DNA of 64,000 nucleotides from a bacterium (GTDB lineage Bacteria; Omnitrophota; Gorgyraeia; Zapsychrales; Zapsychraceae): NCBI GenBank assembly GCA_030429765.1, contig JAUIER010000003.1, positions 144,402 to 208,401 of the forward strand, read 5' to 3'. Shown piece by piece: positions 40,908 to 49,900 of this stretch (position 1 is its first letter; each line of letters starts with the position of its first letter). The notes under the pieces were generated by a model. It saw only the letters and a program-made list of their open reading frames with translations, ran no database searches and was not told where the DNA came from. The position numbers and the translations under genes were made by a program.

Positions 40908-43900
40908 ATGTCAACTGAACATTCCATCAACAATTTGCTCTGGATTCGCCGCGTCGTCGCGCACGTTCTCGTTGTCGCTATGGTGGTGACCACTGTTTGG
41001 CCGGCCTCAATCGTGCATGCCGTTCAGCCGGCCACTATCAGCCATCTGCCTGTTCCCGGTACAATGGTTTCTGTGAGTCCGGGCTATCAGCCTATGGCCC
41101 TGACGGGAGTTCGTATTTATCCGGCCAATCCGCTGCAGTTTGATTTCATTATTGATCCCGGCGATTCGCAACTCGATGATCAAGCGACACAAAGCGCTTC
41201 CGAAAGGCTGATCAAATATTTTCTCACCGCGCTAACCATTCCCAAAAATGACGTATGGGTAAACCTCTCTCCGCATCAACAAGACCGGGTGATCCCTGAA
41301 CATTTAGCACATACCGACATGGGGCGGGACATGCTGTCGCAGGACTATCTCTTAAAACAGCTTAGCGCGTCGATGCTGTATCCCGAGCGGGATTTAGGTG
41401 CCGCTTTCTGGGAGAATATTCGTCGACGGGCTTATCAGCAATTTGGTTCGACTGACATTCCGGTCCGGACATTCAATAAGGTTTGGATCGTTCCGGACAA
41501 AGCCGTGGTATATGAACAGCAGGATGCCGCCTTTGTGGTTGAGTCGCGTTTGCGGGTGATGCTGGAGTCGGATTATCAAGCCTATCTGAGTTCCCGAAAT
41601 GTGAGTGATGCCGCTGGTTCATCCGATCAGTCGACAGAGCAACAGATTGATCAGCTGACGTCTGATATGATCCGTGATTTGATTATTCCCGAGATTGAAA
41701 AGGAAATCAATGAAGGCCGGCAATTCGCAGCGCTTAGGCAGATCTATCAATCCATGATCCTCGCCACGTGGTATCGCCGCAATTTAACACAGACCCTCTT
41801 GAGTCAGTTGTACGTTGGACAATCAAAGATTGCCGGTGTGGATATCGCCGAAAAAGACATCAAGGACAAAATCTATCAGCAGTATCTCAAGGCGTTCAAA
41901 GCCGGTGTGTATAACTACATCCGGGAGGATATCGATCCGGCGACGCGCCAGGTGGTGCCGCGTCAGTACGTGTCAGGCGGTTTGACGATGGATGTCGATA
42001 AGGTATTCCGGACGTTTAACGATGTTGATACCGCGCGTCAATTAAACGCCCGTTTGACAGATGCTGACCAGGCGTTGCTGTCCGCGAGGGTGGTTCTAAA
42101 CCCTGAAGGTCAGGGGAGTGTTCAGGATCTTTCCGCTCAGTTGGATGACTGGCTGGAACGATTGAAATCTTCCACTACCGACGCGTCGATGACGGCGGAT
42201 CCCGACGCCCCGGCCAGGCTGTTGGCCGGCGAGGTGATCAGCATTTCAGCCGCCGATATTCCACTTCGAGCGGAGGCGATTGCCGAAGTTATCGAGATGT
42301 ATGAGGCGGATCATGAGGATGAACTAGCGGCCGAGGACGTCACGGAGGAACAGATTTATGCCGTCACATATCGGCGGCTGAATAGCAGGGCCGTCCAAGG
42401 ACTGGAAGCGTTCTTAAACCAAGCTGTCCGTCTTCATCGGGAGGCGAGGCCATTGTCCATCCTTTTTGAAGGTGAGAACTTCTTGCATCTCGCGGAGCTG
42501 ATCGATAATGCCACCGATGCGCTGCGGCAGCGATATCAGCAGAATATCCGTCGCGCGGAAATCCGGTTTGAGATTCTGGAATATGATCGCCATATCGAGT
42601 TGCAGATTCTCGACAACGGGATTGGTTGGACTGAGACCGGATCCAAGGACTTCTTATCGTTAGGCGGATTAGGGACCGCGCTTCACGAGGCCAAGAAGAC
42701 TTTCTGGGAACAGAATATTGATTTGAACGTGAGCCCACGACGGGATCAGCAGGGAGCCGCGGTGGCGATCAGAATTCCTAAATCGGATATTAGCATTGAA
42801 GATTTATTTGGAGCAGAGTCTGCCGCGGCCTATTTTGATTTAACGACTAATCCGCTGGCCCAGATGGCTCCGTCGGCGATCCTGGTTCATCCTTATATAT
42901 CGGACTCGATCTACGTCGACAAAATGAAGGGCTTTGATCGGGCCTTGATACTTTTCAATAAGAATTATCCAAGCACACCACGATTAGCGGCCATCGATAA
43001 TGTCAAAACACTGGTCAGTCGGGACGGCCGCTACAACAGTGCGGTGGACATGGGTGACCGCGTTGTATTCCTGGGCGGACATTGCCGGCAGTGTCTATCG
43101 CAGGCGATTCTGCAGACCGCCGAACGGGCCTTCAAATCGGGCGATGAATTCAGGGCCATACTGCCGACGGACGGAATTTATACGACGGCGGATCTGGTTA
43201 GTGTCGGCGAGCAGGATCCGGAGCGCGCGGTGCTGCTGGAGGATGTCCTGTCCGGATTGACACCGATGGATGGTTCCCGATTTGCGTATTTGACCAAGGA
43301 GATCAAGTCGAGTTTGATGGCGGCCTATGCCAAGGATGGATTGGATCAGCTGAGCATTATCGTGGAATCAGATGGACAGCGCGAGTTTGTGGTCGAGGCT
43401 GGTCGGGAAAGAAGACGTTTGATCCTCGAGTTTGTCGGGCCGCAGGACCGGGCGATGCTTGTGCCGGATAAAGGATACGGATTTAAGCGCGGTCCATTGA
43501 AGGCGAATCTGAAACCCTACGCGCAGCAGTTACGTGTGACCTTCGACCGTCTGAGCTTTGGTTTCTTAACAGCCGGCGAACTGGATGCGCTTGTTAACGC
43601 CGTAATGAAAATCCGGGCTGACTCGATGGCGGCGCGTCCAGAGTTCTTCGGCGCTTTGCCGCATCGATTGACCGATCAGACGGCCCGCGAGACATTTATG
43701 TCTCGGATCTTGCAGCAACGAACTCTCTATCAGGAGCGCACAAATACGGATGGATCGCGGATGTTTAGTGAAACGGATATTCACGGCATGCTGTTTCAAA
43801 AGCTGATCCCGATTAGCTGGCTGGATCAGCTAATGACTGACGGATTGAACCGGTCGCAGGCCATGACCATCGTCACCGGCTGGAGCGATCCGTTAGGCGT

Positions 43901-46900
43901 ATGGACGACTGAATTTAAACCGTTGGTCGAAGAATTTGTGTCGCAGGGATTAAGTCGCACGGAAGCGGTGTCTATCATTCTGCAATGGAAGAACCCAAAG
44001 GCTAGATGGGAGAAATACTTGAAACCGGTCCGGGATGAATTGGTACGGGATGGTCTGTCCCCGACGACGGCCACACGGGTTGTGATTCGATGGACCAATC
44101 CTGACCAGAAGTGGTCACAGGAGCTTAAGCCAATACGAGGGCAGCTGATCGATCGGGGGATGAGTCTGGGTGATGCCACAGATGCCGTAATATCCTGGAG
44201 TTATCCGCTGGAACGATACGACGCGGTACAACAATCCATAGCACTCTTGGCAGCAGATAGTGTCATTCTGACCGGCAGGATCCGGGAAATATTTTGGGAA
44301 CATAACTATCAGGGAGTGCTTGAACGATTAATTCAACAGCCGGGCGTATCGAGGTCCAAGGCATTGGACTATGCCCAACCCATCAAAGATTTTGAAGAAC
44401 GGTACTTGGCAGACCGGGCGATGCTTTTTGATGCAGAAACCGAGGCCAAGTTGGATGCGCCACTGTCCGAAAATCTGTACTTCTCTGAGCGGCTGCAGAC
44501 GGTATTCCGCCGAAATGGTTTGATAACTCATCGTGATCTAACGTCCATGACGGCAATTGAGTTTACACGGCTTCCGGAGATTGGAGATATTCTCTCTGTG
44601 GAGGCCGAGCAAACATTGGAGCAGGACGGCTTAACATTTGGTATGACAAAGTCGGGTCTGCGGGTGTGGCTACCGACGCTGTATCAGACGCTTCGTAGTG
44701 ATCCTGTGTTGGGAACCAAGAAACGGTTAATGATTATCCTGGAAGATCGCGGCATAGAAAAGTTTGGTGACCTGGTTAAGTACTCCTACTCTGACCTGGT
44801 GAATATGCCGGGGATCAATTGGTCGAGCGCGATGATTCTCGAACAACGGCTGCAGGCGCACGGATTGACTTTAGGTGTGGGTAAATGGGTCAGAAAATTG
44901 CAGTCGCTTGAGGATAGGGCGATGCTGTCGGATGTTCCGTCACTGAAATTCGTGAAACTGGTGTTGCCGGAGCTGAATCGTCAGGTGAATATGTCGGCGA
45001 TTGGACGGAGGGTTCGGACGTTTCGTACCGACCGCTCGGAGACGCAGACTCAGACCAGTCAGCGTTCCGGAGTCAAGTACGCGACGTATCTCACCCTTGA
45101 GCGGGGCGCGCGAGCGGATACGGATCTCAAGAATATGATCCTGCTACGCAATCACTTTGGTACGTCATTGAGCGTGCTGGTGGATGGGCAGGCGTCGGCG
45201 TTTGATACGTCCGGACCGATTCTCTTTGACGCGATTGCCCCGGTGGTCGCTAACAATCTGGTGTTGCTTCGAACGGCCATGGGATTGACATTGAAAGAAC
45301 TGGCGGCCCATGTGGGGATGTCGAGTGAATATTTGGTCAGGATTGAGAGCGGCGACCTAGGTGAAATGACCCTGCAGAATATCGTCTCCTTGTCAGAAAC
45401 TTTCGGGATTCATCCGGAGGTGTTTATTTCGCGGAAATTGGAACTTGCCGATATGATTGAGATCATCAGCGATACGGATCAGTTCAGACAGTTACCGGAA
45501 ACGCTGGACGCGTCCCGTCGACGAGAGATTGGCAGCCGGATTGCCATTTTACGTCGATTGCGTCAACTCACCCAGGAAGATGTAGCGGTACGGTTGGGTA
45601 TTACACCGGATCAACTCGGCAAGTTGGAGAACGGCCGGCTTCAGCAATTGAATGTTGAGTTCTTTGTCAAGCTGCAGAGTATTCTGGATGCTTCCGTATA
45701 CTTTTTACTGACCGGAAAGGAGAACGGGCATTCGAGGGTGGAATTGGACGTTGAACGTGTGCGACAGGATTTCGGAGAGAACTTGATTGTGCTGCAGGAA
45801 TTCTTTGGAATGACCTATAAGACATTTGCCGAAAAGCTGGGGATTCCGACTCGGACGTTAACCACGCTCAAAAACGGGGGGCTCTACCAGTTGGAGCATA
45901 TCAATCGGGTGGCACGACGCACGCGTGTACCGATTCATATTCTGCTGGGTTCGAGTGCTGCTTTTCGGGATTACCTCGACGGGCACAGCCAACGGGTTTT
46001 AAATGCCAATGTTCCAGAACAGCTGGACGCGGAGCAGGTGCGTCGGAGTTTGAGGTTACATCTGGAGGCACAAGGCCGTTCAGATCAGGAGCTGCTGGAT
46101 TATGTGTCGCAATATCATACCAATGATTTAACGAAGTTTCTTTCTGGAAAGTCTCAAACGGTCTCACTAAAGACGCTGCTATTGGCGGCTAACTTTCTTG
46201 GGACCAATTTTCTGAATGTACTCACTGGATCTTTGTGGAATGGAAATGTAGAACTGGAAACGCCTGCTTATATGGTCAGTCGGATGGATCGGGAGCTGTA
46301 CAGGGCCATGCAGAGTATTATTCATGAGCAGGGACGGACTGACACTGTATCCTCATCAGCCGGACTACCGTCGATCAATGTATTTCTGGAATTTATTCAC
46401 GCGACGGATTCTTCCGTCGAAGAAGTGTTGCGCCAGGCGGAGCGTGATCCGGTTCAAGATCTGTTAATGAATTGGGGGCGCGTTCGTAAGAATAGTCTAG
46501 AGGACGCGGCGATGATATCAACGACTTTGCGAGCCAGAAACGCACGCCTTCGGGAGGAATACGCTTTACAACGGTTGTATCAACCATCCGATCGAATCGA
46601 AATCGTTCAAGCCGAATATTTCTCCGCGTTTTTTAGACAGAATGATATTGATATCGCGGCATTTGCCCGACGGGCTGACGTTCCGGAGTGGATGGTGTAC
46701 GACCTACTGGAAGGTCGCGAGTTGGAATTGGCCGAGTCCATACGGGTGCTGAAGGCATTGTATGAGGTCGCCACGCTGCAAGAGGCTCTTGAAATGCATG
46801 CCTTTACATATCGGTATTGGCAGGAGCATCGTGGAGAGGCAGATCAACAGCCATTGTTGAATGCGCAATTGATCCGCGAGCGCCATAACGCGCGGACAGA

Positions 46901-49900
46901 GTCTAGCGCCTACAGTCCGTCACCGGAGGCGCTGGAGGTGTTGATGGTCCACGATATTCGCGAAGCATATACCGGAACGGGGTCGCGGCGGCTCAATCTT
47001 ACCCGTTTTTTATCGTCGGCGGATCTGAGTCGAGGACATCTAAAATACAATTTCCCGATGCCGGATGGATCGATGCTTAAACGACAGCTTTCAATGCGTG
47101 TGGGAACTGCCCTCGACCATGTTGAGATGATTATCCACAAAAAAGCGGACAAGATGTCTGGTGTCTCGTTTTTGGGATACAAGTTGTCATCCGAAGGGCA
47201 GTATCGTCGACATCGGGTTAGTTATTTTGAATACGTTAACGGAATTTTTGAGCATCAGAGGGCGACGCCAGAGTTTGTCCGCCAGGACCGAGCGATGATG
47301 TCGGTCCCGGAATTCTTATTTGACGCGGATCAGCTTCAATATTTGGGATTGCCGATGCCTGAGTTTCTACGGCGCGCTGAGGTGCATGAGCGGGTGAAAT
47401 CAATGGTCGAGGAAGCCGTCGATTACACAGCGGATGATCCGGCCCTGGCCCGTCGGAACAGGGAGCATGCACGGCGTTCCATGCCGGGAATCATCATCGA
47501 TCTGCGCAATTTTGATTTGCCGTATTCACATCTAGAGGTGCACGACTATGAAGACGGGTTTATGTTTTTTATTCCGGAGGGTGACAGGATGTTGATCCAT
47601 CCGTACATTGACGATGTGATTGAACTGTTGGGTCTTTTGAACGGCGACGAAGTGGAAGGCGAGTATCCGCAGGCGAGTGAGAACGATCGGCTGGAACCGG
47701 GATATTGGAATCAGTGGCAGCGTTCCAGCGACTGGAAAACCTATGTGGATGAAATTCACCCGACGGTAGCTTCAGCGGTCAGTCATGTGCTGGATCGAAT
47801 AAAGTCCCAGGACAAGCAGATTCGTGTGGTTGATATATTTGCCGGAGAAGGAAATTTTGTGCAGCATCTGTCTGGGGTTCTCAAGCAGGCTCACGAGGAC
47901 GTCAATGTGGCCTACGAGGTGATTGAAGGAAACCCGTCAAACTACAGGCGGGCGCTTGACCGTTTATCGTCGAACGGCAATGTCACGGTGCATCCGCCAA
48001 CGGATATGCTGGACATCACGAGTTTGAAAGACATTCTTCGCGGATCCCCCGATATTGTGACGGCCCTGGGCGGGTTAAATGTCAGTGTCATATCCCGGGA
48101 GGATGCCCGGAAGGTCGCCCAAATGGTGTTTGATGTGCTGCGACCAGGCGGATTTTTTGTCGTGTCCGGTCTGACACCGTCGCTGTTACATGCCGACGAT
48201 TTTCGTGCGATGGGATACCGGATCTACAACCAGACGATTCCTCAGAATTTTTATTCTAGGTACCAACCGGTTGAGGTGTATATCTTACAGAAAGACGCCG
48301 CGATGCTTGGCGATACCGAGGCGGACAAGCATTTAAAGTATCTAATCCAGATGATCGCTGGCGAATTAGGCGAGGATTATGTTGAGGCGGAAGAAGATGA
48401 AGATCTGGAAGGTATGGCGCGCGACCGGCTGATGGAATTAAGTTTGCAGCAACGGGCTGATTTTTACGCGCTGCGTGGAGCGGATGTTTTTGGCGAGCTT
48501 ATCCGTCGGCCGTTGGGATCCCATCGGGATGATTTTGATGCCGAGTTGGGGATGTATACGAATCTGAGACTCCTCGGTGAAATGCTGGGGATGACCGAAG
48601 GCTTTGTCGATTTTGGGAACACCATGGATCCTCTGCAGCTGCCTCGATTGCAGGAGCGTGTTGAGCCATGGCGTGAATTGGTTCGCTATGTCGCGTCGGC
48701 TGAAGACTATGCGACAATTCGACGCGAAATCCAACAGCTGGCCGGGATGATCGACGCTCCGCGGGTGAATGAGATTTTGCAACGCTCGGGGCTAAGTCGC
48801 TACGAGCCTGAATTCTGGTTTGTGCATCTCAAGAGCATCGGCCGGATGGACGACGTTTGGTTTGATCATTTTCACAAATTAGCCGAACTGTTTTACAAGG
48901 CCTTCGGGGCAACGTTTGATATCGGTACCGAGACGGAAGAGCACACGGCCGGTCCGGATATCTTCGAGCGGGTCATCGAGTTGATTGTACGCAGCACTAA
49001 AGCTGATCCCGCGGACTTGGAGACGTTTTTCGCGGATGAGAATCCGGATGTGATCGCCCTGCTTTATGTCATCACCTACGGCAAGGCGCCGGACATTCAT
49101 GCGGTGCGGTTCCTCTATCATGGTTCACCGTTGGTGAATATCGATCAGATGATTTATGATTCGGACGGTATGGTTGACTTCCGCCGAGGCGAACGCAAGC
49201 TCGATACGAATTATCTGTCATTTAACCCCGATGTCTCGCAATCTTATGCTCAGGATGACGGATTGATATTGGAGTTCGATGTCGCGGCGCTGCTCGCGTT
49301 GCCTAACAAATACATACTGGGTCCGGAAATTGAAAGTGAAGAAATCACGACAACGGATCCGATACCATTCACCGCGTTAACCACGAGAAGTAAACTTGAG
49401 GTAGCGGTTAAATTTTGGAAAGATGATGCCGAATTGGATTTGGCCCTGGCTCGGGCCTTGGGATTTTTATCCATTGTTGAACTACAGAAATTCATGCGAA
49501 GCGCTGACCCGGCGATGCTGGCGCCGCTAGAAGGTGATGACGACGATTATGTCGAAAATGCCCGCGCGCTTGAAGCAGCGATCTTTGAGAATCACTTCGT
49601 GAGTGGGGTGGAATATACCGCGTTACAAGAGTTTTGGCAGGAGTCACTCGAATTCTTTGATGAATCACGGGCCGATTATGTCTCCGAACGCCGACGCGTT
49701 TATATGGATGGACAGCAAAATGGCGAGTTTACTGTTGTAAGTCGTCAGCAAGGCGACCAGGCCATTGCGGACGCGCTTAGACGCGCTGCGTTGTGGCATC
49801 GACTCAATCAGCGGAATGTCGCGGGTATTCCGAGATTGCTCTCGATGGGGCTCACAGAGGATGGCTACATGTGGATGAGACTGCGGGGTATTGCCAATGC

